64,000 nt of DNA from an uncultured Prevotellaceae bacterium. Lineage in GTDB: Bacteria; Bacteroidota; Bacteroidia; Bacteroidales; Bacteroidaceae. The DNA is taken from NCBI GenBank assembly GCA_902801155.1, contig CADCHG010000003.1, positions 16,831-80,830 of the forward strand. The letters run 5' to 3'. The translations under genes were made by a program, and so were the position numbers. Position 1 is the first letter of the stretch, and every line of letters starts with the position of its first letter. A model generated the notes under the pieces. The model did not search any database. It saw only the letters and a list, made by a program, of their open reading frames with translations, and was not told where the DNA came from. Below are positions 48,792-57,524 of the stretch, piece after piece.

Positions 48792-50051
48792 ATGCTGATA
48801 CCTTCTATATTGATAACAATGCTTTTCTCCGCGTTCTTCTCGGGCATGGAGATAGCCTTTGTGTCAAGTAATAGGATGCTGGCTGAGGTGAACAGAGAGA
48901 AAGGAAGTATCACGGATCGTGTTGTGTCGAAGTTCTATCGCCATCCTAATATGTTTGTCTCCACTATGCTTGTTGGCAATAACATAGCGCTTGTAATCTA
49001 TGGCATCCTGATAGCACGACTCTTTGACGCAACTATTTTTGCCGGGCTCTCTGAGGCTGCAAAGGTGTCGGGCGACACGATACTCTCCACATTGATAGTC
49101 TTGTTTACCGGAGAGTTCCTTCCAAAGACCATTTTCAAGGCAAATGCCAATAAGTGCCTGAGAGGTTTTGCATTGCCTGCATATCTCTGCTACATAGTGC
49201 TTTATCCTATTTCACGCCTGTGTGCTGTATTATCAAAATTACTGCTCCGTACCTTTGGCGTGAAGATGGATAAGAAGGAGGCTCGCGAGGAATTTTCCAA
49301 GGTTGACCTCGACTATCTCGTACAGCAGTCTATTGATCAGGCAGGCGATGATGCGAAGATTGACGAGGAAGTGCGTATATTCCAGAATGCGCTCGACTTT
49401 TCTGATACGAAGGTAAGGGACTGTATGGTTCCGCGAACCGAGATAAGGGCTGTCTCAACTGACAGTACTGTGGCAGAGCTTCGCCAGATGTTTATCGAGT
49501 CAGGGCACTCTAAGATTGTAGTTTATGAGAACGATATTGACAATATCATAGGGTATATCCATTCTTCGGAGCTGTTCCATGACTTGAAGGATATCAAGGG
49601 GGCTGTCCGTCAGATGCCTTTTGTGCCCGAGACAATGGCTGCAAAGACGCTGATGCACACATTCCTTCAGCAGAAGAAGAGCCTTGGCGTTGTGGTTGAT
49701 GAGTTCGGAGGTACAAGCGGTATTGTGGCTCTCGAGGATATCGTTGAGGAGATATTCGGTGATATCGAGGATGAGCACGACAGCACCAACTATATATGCC
49801 ATACCACGAGCGATGGCGATTATATCATCTCTGCCCGTATGGAGATTGACAGGGTGAACGAAACTCTGCATCTCTCGCTACCGGAGTCTGACGACTACAA
49901 GACTATCGGTGGACTTATCCTTGACCGTTATCAGAGCTTCCCTAAGCTTAACGAGGTCATTACCGTGGATGATAAGTTTGAGTTCAAGATTCTCAGGAGC
50001 ACAAGAACCAAGATTGAACTCGTGAAACTGAAACTTGTAGGTGAGGAATAG
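48792..50051 (+). CDS. HlyC/CorC-family (DUF21-CBS-CorC) membrane protein
   Basis: SAFFSGMEIA, GEFLPK, MVPRTEI, VVDEFGGTSG..LEDIVEEIFGDIEDEHD. Confidence 0.93.
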   Translation: MLIPSILITMLFSAFFSGMEIAFVSSNRMLAEVNREKGSITDRVVSKFYRHPNMFVSTMLVGNNIALVIYGILIARLFDATIFAGLSEAAKVSGDTILSTLIVLFTGEFLPKTIFKANANKCLRGFALPAYLCYIVLYPISRLCAVLSKLLLRTFGVKMDKKEAREEFSKVDLDYLVQQSIDQAGDDAKIDEEVRIFQNALDFSDTKVRDCMVPRTEIRAVSTDSTVAELRQMFIESGHSKIVVYENDIDNIIGYIHSSELFHDLKDIKGAVRQMPFVPETMAAKTLMHTFLQQKKSLGVVVDEFGGTSGIVALEDIVEEIFGDIEDEHDSTNYICHTTSDGDYIISARMEIDRVNETLHLSLPESDDYKTIGGLILDRYQSFPKLNEVITVDDKFEFKILRSTRTKIELVKLKLVGEE

Positions 50052-50075
50052 AATGCTTTTTCTTCGATTGTAGGG

Positions 50076-50141
50076 AACGGACCTGGAACGGATTTGTAAC
50101 GGACTTGAAACGGATTTACAACGGTATTACAACGGACTTAC
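50076..50141. repeat. 11-bp array (6 x AACGGACTTAC-like)
   Basis: Same unit as 31756-31799 and the reverse complement of 20585-20661. Confidence 0.9.
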
Positions 50142-50434
50142 AACTGTGACGCTCATAGGCTTTTGTTTTCTTGTGTGCAAAGGTAAGAATGTTTTTTTGG
50201 AAAATGTAAGAAAAATGCAAAAAAATGTTTGTTTTGCACATAATATTTAAAAGCATCTACACTTACAGCGGAGGTAGCGAATCTAAAGCGAAGGCGAGAT
50301 AAACTATAAGAAATGCCTTTGTAGCAAAGCATAAACAACTCCTATGCAAATCCCATATAACTCCCACTTCAAATAAGAGTAGCATAAGAGTAACATAAGA
50401 GCTATATGGGAGGAAGATGGGTGAGGCAAATTGT

Positions 50435-50583
50435 GGTCAAAGTGGTCAAGGTCAAAATGGTCATTTTCATTTTCGGAATGTGTCATTTGCTCACTATATA
50501 TAAATATTTAATATTTATATATAGTGGAGGATTTTGACAACTCCGAAATCATTTTGACCAAATGACCTAATGACCAAATGACC
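50435..50583. repeat. 149-bp symmetric element with a perfect AT-rich 17+1+17 core
   Basis: CACTATATATAAATATT-T-AATATTTATATATAGTG centred on 50509; four GGTCA boxes on the left and four TGACC boxes on the right. Confidence 0.9.
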
Positions 50584-50900
50584 GCGGGGTGGTAAGTTAC
50601 ACTTTCGGATTTTTGTATTGACATTTGGGCAAATATTGATTTTTCGTCTTTGTTTTCCGGCTTTTTGGGTCATTGCCAAATAGTGGAAAAACGTGTTTTA
50701 TCTCAAATAAATGAGAAAATTGTCTTTTTCATGGAAATTTTTGCACTCAAAGTTATGTTTTTCCCTTTTTTTTACTAACTTTGTACGCAATTTGTACGCG
50801 AGTGCCAATGCTAAATCTGTTACTTGCGTGTGAAAAGGGCCTTCGGGCTTGTCAAACAGTGAAAATAAAAACAATAATAAAAACCAAATCAAACTAAAAA

Positions 50901-53042
50901 ATGGCAGTATTAGGAAAAATCAGACGCAGGGGCGTATTGCTGGTGAGCATCATCGGTCTTGGCCTCTTTGCTTTCATTGCCGAGGAGGCTTTCCGTTCAT
51001 GCGAGACTTCGAGGAACAGTGCCCGCCAGCAGATTGGCTCTGTTCTCGGCGACAAGATCACTTATGATGAATTCCAGAAGTTGGTTGACGAGTTCACCGA
51101 TGTCATCAAGCTGACACAGGGTAAGGACAACCTTACTGAGGACGAGCTCAATCAGGTTCGAGATCAGGTTTGGAATACCTATGTTCAGACCAAGCTCATT
51201 GAGGAAGACGCAAAGAAACTCGGTCTCACTGTAACCGACGATGAGATTCGTGATATCCTCAATCAGGGAACAAACCAGATTCTTCTCCAGTCTCCATTCG
51301 TGAACCAGCAGACAGGTCGCTTTGATGCAAATGCTCTCAAGCAGTTCATGAACGAGTACAAGAAGAATACTAACCCACAGTTCAAGGAGCAGTACCAGAA
51401 GATATACAACTACTGGCAGTTCATTGAGAAGACACTCCGTCAGCAGACACTCGCTCAGAAGTATCAGGTGCTTCTCGGTCATACATTCTTCTCTAACCCA
51501 GTTGAGGCAAAGCAGAGCTATGATGAGGAGACAAAGGAGTCTGCCATCGAGCTTGCTGCATTCCCTTACTCTTCAATCGAGGATAAGGACGTACAGGTTT
51601 CAGATGCAGACCTCAAGGCTAAGTACAATGAACTGAAGCCACGTTTCAAGCAGTATGACGAGACACGCGACATCAAGTATGTTGCTGTTCGCGTAAAGGC
51701 ATCTGCAGGCGATAAGGCTAATCTAATGAAGCAGACAACGGAATATGCTGCTCAGCTTGCTACTGCAGAGGATCCTTCTGAGGTTATCCGCAAGTCAGGT
51801 TCTAACGTTGCTTACCTCGGTGTTCCTGTAAACAAGAGCGCATTCCCATCAGACATCCAGTCTCTTATCGACTCTACATCAGTAGGCACAACAACAGCCG
51901 TTAAGGAGAATGCTCAGGACAATACCTTTAACGTTCTTCGCCTCATTTCAAAGGCTGAACTTCCAGACTCTATCGAGTTCCAGGCTATTCAGGTTGGCGG
52001 TGAGACACCAGAGGAGGCTCACAAGCGTGCAGACTCTATCTATAACGCACTTTCTGCAGATGCCACACAGTGGGAGGCAATTGCAAAGAAGTACGGTCAG
52101 ACAGGTGAAAAGAACTGGCTTACTACACAGCAGTATCAGTATTCTCCTTCTCTTGATGCTGACACAAAGACATACCTCAACGCTTTGAACTATGCAAGTG
52201 TTGGTGCTCTGAAGAACATTCAGACAACAGCAGGCAATATTATCGTTAAGGTTACAAATCGCAAGGCAATGACAACAAAGTATGTTGCTGCTGTTATCAA
52301 GACTGATATCGCATTCTCTAAGGATACATACTCTCAGGCTTACAACAAGTTCTCTCAGTATGTTTCAGAGAACCAGACAATCGAGAATCTTGAGAAGAAT
52401 GCCAAGAAGTACGGCTATACTGTAGAGACTGCTACTGATACACGTACTACACAGCACTACGTTGCAAACCTCCGTGCTACCCGTGAGGCTCTCAAGTGGA
52501 TATTCGACTCTAAGGAAGGTGCTGTTTCTCCTCTCTATGAGTGTGGCGAGAATGACGCTCTCCTCGTTGTTGGTCTTACAAAGATTCATGAGAAGGGCTA
52601 TCGTTCGCTTGACGATGAGCAGATCAAGGAAATCGTTAAGGCTGAGGTTATGAAGGATAAGAAGGCAGAGAAGATTATTGCCAAGGTTGCAGGTGTGAAG
52701 AGCATAAAGGATGCACAGGCTAAGGGTGGTAAGGTAGCTTCTATTGATCAGGTGTCATTCTCAGCTCCAGTATTCGTTCAGATTGCAGGTTCTTCAGAGC
52801 CAGCTCTCAGCGGTGCCGTAGCAGCAACAAAGGTTGGTCAGTTCTCTGCAAAGCCAGTTAAGGGTAATGCCGGTGTATATCTCTTCCAGGTGAAGAATAG
52901 CGGTGCTCGTGCTGGTGTCAAGTTCGACGCTAAGTCACAAGAGGCTAAGCTTGCTCAGCGTAACATGCAGATGGCTGGTAACTTCATGCAGGAACTTTAC
53001 ATCAAGGCTGATGTAGTAGACAACAGGTATCTGTTCTACTAA
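50901..53042 (+). CDS. PpiD-like periplasmic chaperone (SurA N-terminal and rotamase-like domains)
   Basis: MAVLGKIR...LFAFI anchor, LGLTVTDDEI, ADSIYNAL, C-terminal DNRYLFY. Confidence 0.85.
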   Translation: MAVLGKIRRRGVLLVSIIGLGLFAFIAEEAFRSCETSRNSARQQIGSVLGDKITYDEFQKLVDEFTDVIKLTQGKDNLTEDELNQVRDQVWNTYVQTKLIEEDAKKLGLTVTDDEIRDILNQGTNQILLQSPFVNQQTGRFDANALKQFMNEYKKNTNPQFKEQYQKIYNYWQFIEKTLRQQTLAQKYQVLLGHTFFSNPVEAKQSYDEETKESAIELAAFPYSSIEDKDVQVSDADLKAKYNELKPRFKQYDETRDIKYVAVRVKASAGDKANLMKQTTEYAAQLATAEDPSEVIRKSGSNVAYLGVPVNKSAFPSDIQSLIDSTSVGTTTAVKENAQDNTFNVLRLISKAELPDSIEFQAIQVGGETPEEAHKRADSIYNALSADATQWEAIAKKYGQTGEKNWLTTQQYQYSPSLDADTKTYLNALNYASVGALKNIQTTAGNIIVKVTNRKAMTTKYVAAVIKTDIAFSKDTYSQAYNKFSQYVSENQTIENLEKNAKKYGYTVETATDTRTTQHYVANLRATREALKWIFDSKEGAVSPLYECGENDALLVVGLTKIHEKGYRSLDDEQIKEIVKAEVMKDKKAEKIIAKVAGVKSIKDAQAKGGKVASIDQVSFSAPVFVQIAGSSEPALSGAVAATKVGQFSAKPVKGNAGVYLFQVKNSGARAGVKFDAKSQEAKLAQRNMQMAGNFMQELYIKADVVDNRYLFY

Positions 53043-53177
53043 AAAGCCCCCCAGCCCCCCAAGGGGGAGCCTTTTATATAGTAATGTCGCTTATGATAAT
53101 TCGTATGAAAGCCATAAGCGACATTTTTTATTGGCATTACTATAAAAAAAACTCCCCCTTGGGGGGTGGGGGGCTTT
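53043..53177. repeat. Nested palindrome (REPIN-like) enclosing the terminator of the PpiD-like gene
   Basis: Outer arms AAAGCCCCCCAGCCCCCCAAGGGGGAG/CTCCCCCTTGGGGGGTGGGGGGCTTT; inner TATAGTAATG/CATTACTATA and AATGTCGCTTATG/CATAAGCGACATT. Confidence 0.85.
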
Positions 53178-53283
53178 AATATATTATAATAAGGTAACTC
53201 CTTTTATCAAAAAAAATTAAATCCGCTCTCAGAAATCCATCGGGGAACGGATTTTTTTGCAGTATCGATATTTTTTTGTACCT

Positions 53284-53429
53284 TTGCACTCGCAAAATCG
53301 AAACGTGCGCCAGCCGTTGGGCTGACACGCACTTTTTGCTTCGTGCGAGGATGCCTCTCGCACGTTGCACTCGCAAAATGAAAACGTGCGCCAGCCGTTG
53401 GGCTGACACGCACTTTTTGCATCATGCGA
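53284..53429 (+). repeat. Two 65-bp direct repeats (81-bp period), each forming a hairpin, in the lptD leader
   Basis: TTGCACTCGCAAAAT..AAACGTGCGCCAGCCGTTGGGCTGACACGCACTTTTTGC.TC.TGCGA at 53284 and 53365. Confidence 0.9.
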
Positions 53430-53450
53430 AGTTTTCTTTGCACCAGCAAA

Positions 53451-56345
53451 ATGCGCAGTCGTTTTACTATATTCGTGCTTACTTTTGTCATTGTCTTTGC
53501 AATGGCAAATACTCGTGTGTCGTTCTTCAAGGTTGTGAAGAATGATACGGATACTGTCGTCCCTGGCAGTAAGCATGATACCGTCAAAGTGGATTCCGCT
53601 ATTACTGAGAAAATATCTATTGATACGGCTTTGGCACAGGCAATAGATACGCTCGACTCCCTGCATCGTGCCATTTTCCTTCGTAATAAGGCGATTGACG
53701 ATTCCATAAGGCTTGATTCTCTTAACAGAAAGAAAAAGAACGGAATAGACGCTCCTGTGGAATATACCGCAGATGATTCTCTTGTGTATTTTGCCGGCAA
53801 TAAGATGGCACATCTCTATGGTTCATCGACGGTGAAGTATGAGAATATGGATCTTGCTTCGGAAAAGGTTGCCATAACGCTTGATTCAAGTCTTGTGCGT
53901 GCAACTGGAGTCTATGACACAACCACACGCGAGAAGGTTGGTACACCCGTGTTCAAGATGGGCTCTGACACGTATGAGAGCGATACCATGGCTTTCAATT
54001 TCAAGACGAAGAAAGGACTTATCGCTTCTGTTTATACTGAGCAGGAGGACGGATACCTTACGGCAGAGCGCTCAAAGCGTGACAAGGAAGGAAACCTGTA
54101 TCTAAAGCACGGTCGATATACTACCTGTGACGAGGAGCATCCCGACTTCTATCTCGCCCTTTCTCGTGCCAAGGTTCGTCCTGGCAAGGACGTTGTGTTC
54201 GGTCCTGCGTATCTTGTTGTGCAGGATGTACCGCTTCCTTTTGCCATCCCGTACGGTTTCTTCCCATTCTCCAAGTCATATTCAAGCGGTTTCATCATGC
54301 CGACATACGGTGATGAGAGCGCCAGAGGCTTCTATCTTCGTAATGGTGGCTATTACTTTGCCATTTCCGACCGCATTGACCTGAAACTCACGGGTGAGAT
54401 CTACACCAAGGGGTCTTGGGGAATAGCGGCAGCATCCAGCTATCGTAAAAGATACAGGTACTCAGGTTCGTTCGATGCCTCTTATCTGGACACACGTAAT
54501 GGTGACAAGGGAATGCCTGACTATACAAAGACAACGAATTTTAGGATACAGTGGTCGCATCGTCAGGATGCCAAGGCAAATCCTTATAGCAATTTCTCGG
54601 CAAGTGTGAACTATGCAACTACGAATTATGAGCGGAATAATCTTACCTCATACTATACTCCGGAGTTGCTCGCACAGACAAACCGTGGTTCTTCCGTGTC
54701 ATGGAGCACGCAGTTCTCAAGTATCGGTCTTAGTCTTTCATCGTCTTTCAATATTGATCAGAATGTGAAAGATTCCACCATTTCGCTTACTCTGCCTAAT
54801 CTCAGTATTTCGATAGCCCGTTTCTCTCCTTTCAAGCGAAAGTATGCAGTGGGTAATGAGCGATGGTATGAGAAAATCAGTTTGTCATATACCGGACAGA
54901 TCTCCAACTCCATCAGAAATTGCAAGGAAGACATGTTGCTTAAGTCCAGTTTGAGTAGGGATTGGAATAACGAAATATACCACAGTATTCCTATCAGTGC
55001 AACATTCTCTCTTTTCAATGCCATTAACCTTACACCATCAATCAACATAAGTGATCGTATGTTTCTCAGAACACTTGAGAAGAGATGGGAAGGGAACAAG
55101 CAAACTGGAAAGTATGAGGAAAAAACCGAAATACATGATGGGTTTGCAAACGTGTTAGATGGTAATGCGTCAATCGGTGCCAATACCACCCTGTATGGTA
55201 TGTTTTTGCCTAATAGAAAGATATTTGGCGATAAGGTTCAGGCTATCCGTCATGTCTTCACACCATCGGTGTCATTCACGTACACACCAGATTTTGGCTA
55301 TTTGCATTCATATATGAAAATTGCTGACAATGGTGAAGAGTATATTGATTACTATTCTCCGTATGAAAACTATAGTCCTGTAAGGGGAGCGTCTGGTTCT
55401 ATTTCAATGCAGATAAAGAACAATTTGGAGATGAAGGTGAAGTCTGACAATGATACTACAGGTTTCAAGAAAATATCGCTCATTGATGAACTCAGCGCGG
55501 ATATGTCATACAATCTCTTTGCAACGGAACGTCCATGGAGTGATCTTAATACTAATTTACGACTGAAGTTAGGAAAGAACTACACATTCAGTCTTCGTGC
55601 CTTATTTAAGACCTATGCAATAGGCAGAAAGGATAATGGAATGACAGTCCAGAGTAGTTCTACGCATTATAGTCGGGGACATTTCGGACGTTTTACGGGA
55701 ATATCGCAGAACATATCATATACGCTTAACCCTGAGAAAATCAGGAAACTCTTCGGAGGCGGAGACGATAAGAAAAAGAAAGATGACGACGATGATGAGC
55801 GTGATGATGATTATGACACAGGATTGGATACAAACGTGGATCCCGTCATGGCGAAAGGTCAGAATGCTGTTGCAGATAAAGGTGTTAAGGCTGAGACCGA
55901 TGATGACGGCTATATGCGTTTCTCCATGCCTTGGAGCCTTACTTTCAGTTATGGTATAACCATGAGTGAGGATCCGTCGAAATTCATCCCATACAAGAAT
56001 GGGAAGACTGTGAAATATAAAGATACTGATGGTAAGGTGATAGATATCGAAGGTGGATATTATGGCTACAAGTTCACTCAGAATCTGAACTTCTCAGGAA
56101 ACATTCAGCTTTCCGAAGGCTGGAATATATCATTCAGATCTGGTTATGACTTCGATTTCCATAAACTCACCTTGACGACAGCCTCCCTGCAACGTGATCT
56201 GCATTGCTTCTCCATGGCGTGCAGTGTGTCGTTGGCTCCATACACAAGCTATAACTTCTCGTTCCGTTGTAATGCCGCTACGCTTACTGATGCCCTCAAG
56301 TATGACAAGCGTTCTGGGTATTCCAACAATGTGAGGTGGTACTAA
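53451..56345 (+). CDS. lptD: Putative LPS assembly protein LptD (Bacteroidales type)
   Basis: PVEYTADDS, YTTCD..HPDFY, PYGFFP, SGFIMPTYG, RDLHCF motifs; start uncertain (53424 or 53451). Confidence 0.85.
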   Translation: MRSRFTIFVLTFVIVFAMANTRVSFFKVVKNDTDTVVPGSKHDTVKVDSAITEKISIDTALAQAIDTLDSLHRAIFLRNKAIDDSIRLDSLNRKKKNGIDAPVEYTADDSLVYFAGNKMAHLYGSSTVKYENMDLASEKVAITLDSSLVRATGVYDTTTREKVGTPVFKMGSDTYESDTMAFNFKTKKGLIASVYTEQEDGYLTAERSKRDKEGNLYLKHGRYTTCDEEHPDFYLALSRAKVRPGKDVVFGPAYLVVQDVPLPFAIPYGFFPFSKSYSSGFIMPTYGDESARGFYLRNGGYYFAISDRIDLKLTGEIYTKGSWGIAAASSYRKRYRYSGSFDASYLDTRNGDKGMPDYTKTTNFRIQWSHRQDAKANPYSNFSASVNYATTNYERNNLTSYYTPELLAQTNRGSSVSWSTQFSSIGLSLSSSFNIDQNVKDSTISLTLPNLSISIARFSPFKRKYAVGNERWYEKISLSYTGQISNSIRNCKEDMLLKSSLSRDWNNEIYHSIPISATFSLFNAINLTPSINISDRMFLRTLEKRWEGNKQTGKYEEKTEIHDGFANVLDGNASIGANTTLYGMFLPNRKIFGDKVQAIRHVFTPSVSFTYTPDFGYLHSYMKIADNGEEYIDYYSPYENYSPVRGASGSISMQIKNNLEMKVKSDNDTTGFKKISLIDELSADMSYNLFATERPWSDLNTNLRLKLGKNYTFSLRALFKTYAIGRKDNGMTVQSSSTHYSRGHFGRFTGISQNISYTLNPEKIRKLFGGGDDKKKKDDDDDERDDDYDTGLDTNVDPVMAKGQNAVADKGVKAETDDDGYMRFSMPWSLTFSYGITMSEDPSKFIPYKNGKTVKYKDTDGKVIDIEGGYYGYKFTQNLNFSGNIQLSEGWNISFRSGYDFDFHKLTLTTASLQRDLHCFSMACSVSLAPYTSYNFSFRCNAATLTDALKYDKRSGYSNNVRWY

Positions 56346-56601
56346 GGGTTCCCGATGGGAAGTAATTGACTTGCTTCAGCTTGTTGAGCCTAGCGAAATT
56401 TTGTAGTCGCCCTGATAATTTTCAATTTTCAATTATCAATTTTCAATTTTTTATAAAAAAAAGTCTTAATCCTTTGTTTTAACGAAAAAAAGTTGTATCT
56501 TTGCCACTGAAATACCAAAAATGAAATAACAAAGGCACAAAAAGGTTCAAAGATTTTTGTCTTTAGTCCTTAGACCTTAGTCTTAATTAAAAAAATTACT
56601 T

Positions 56602-57345
56602 ATGAAGATAACAGTAAAAATCACTTTGATTCTAATCTGCTTTGCATGCTCCTTGGTGATGCATGCACAGGACGCCATAGTCTATGACTATCGTCTTGAT
56701 CAGAAAGCCCTCAATGACTCAAAGAATCCTATTCCTTCTGAGATTCGCAATGCTCCATTGTTCGGCAAGACCATCAATGTGTTTGGTGCCAGTCGTGCAC
56801 GCAATAACCGTAAGGAGGTTACTGACACATGGCATTGCAAGCTTGCGCAAAAGTATCATATGCTCTATCGTAACTATGCGCGTAACAACTGCTGTATAGC
56901 ATTCGACCGTCGTAGGGAGCGTTGGAGTGCCCCTATCAACGAGTTCTATGAGGAAATGGATACATGTGACTATATCCTACTTATCGGTGGTCACAGTGAT
57001 GCAGAGCAGATTATCAAGGGTAAGGGAACTCTTGAGGAGTTCGAGGAAGGATATGCCAAGCTCCTCCGTGGCTTTGTCAAGAAGGAGCCGGATGCAAAGG
57101 TTGCAGTCTTCACCCCTTGGAATATTAAGAATCCTCCTTATCCTGATATTACCCGCATAATGGTTGAACAGGGGCGTAACTTCTCTATACCTGTTTTTAA
57201 CTGTGCGACACAAAGCGGAATATATGTCTGGGATCTGGAATTTGCTCGACGGTACTTCCATTCGTATCAGGACAATACTCACCTGAATGCCAGGGGGCAT
57301 GACCTGTTCTATAATAAGGCAGAGAAATTCATGCTGGGGCTTTAG
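56602..57345 (+). CDS. SGNH/GDSL hydrolase-family protein
   Basis: Signal peptide; block I FGAS (GDS variant), GGHSD, DNTHLN. Confidence 0.8.
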   Translation: MKITVKITLILICFACSLVMHAQDAIVYDYRLDQKALNDSKNPIPSEIRNAPLFGKTINVFGASRARNNRKEVTDTWHCKLAQKYHMLYRNYARNNCCIAFDRRRERWSAPINEFYEEMDTCDYILLIGGHSDAEQIIKGKGTLEEFEEGYAKLLRGFVKKEPDAKVAVFTPWNIKNPPYPDITRIMVEQGRNFSIPVFNCATQSGIYVWDLEFARRYFHSYQDNTHLNARGHDLFYNKAEKFMLGL

Positions 57346-57409
57346 GGAAGTTGAAAATTGACAATCGACAAAGAATACCATTCAATAGCGATTGGAATTA
57401 AATAAAATG

Positions 57410-57460
57410 CAAAGACGCAGAGCCACGAGGCGTTAAAACCTCAGAGTCTCTGCGTCTTTG
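57410..57460. terminator. Hairpin between convergent genes
   Basis: CAAAGACGCAGAG...CTCTGCGTCTTTG with T/A tracts. Confidence 0.65.
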
Positions 57461-57524
57461 TTTTTAATTCATTATCAATTTCCATTATTAATTATCCATT
57501 AAGCCTAAGCTAAGCATTAGGCTT

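Noticed and set aside
53284-53429. Mini-CRISPR interpretation of the two 65-bp repeats
   Set aside because: Only two units, repeat too long, 16-bp spacer, no cas genes.
53176-53813. Overlapping ORFs with internally repeated peptides (53176..53409, 53207..53800, 53229..53813, 53276..53545)
   Set aside because: They result from the 81-bp DNA duplication and from antisense reading of lptD.
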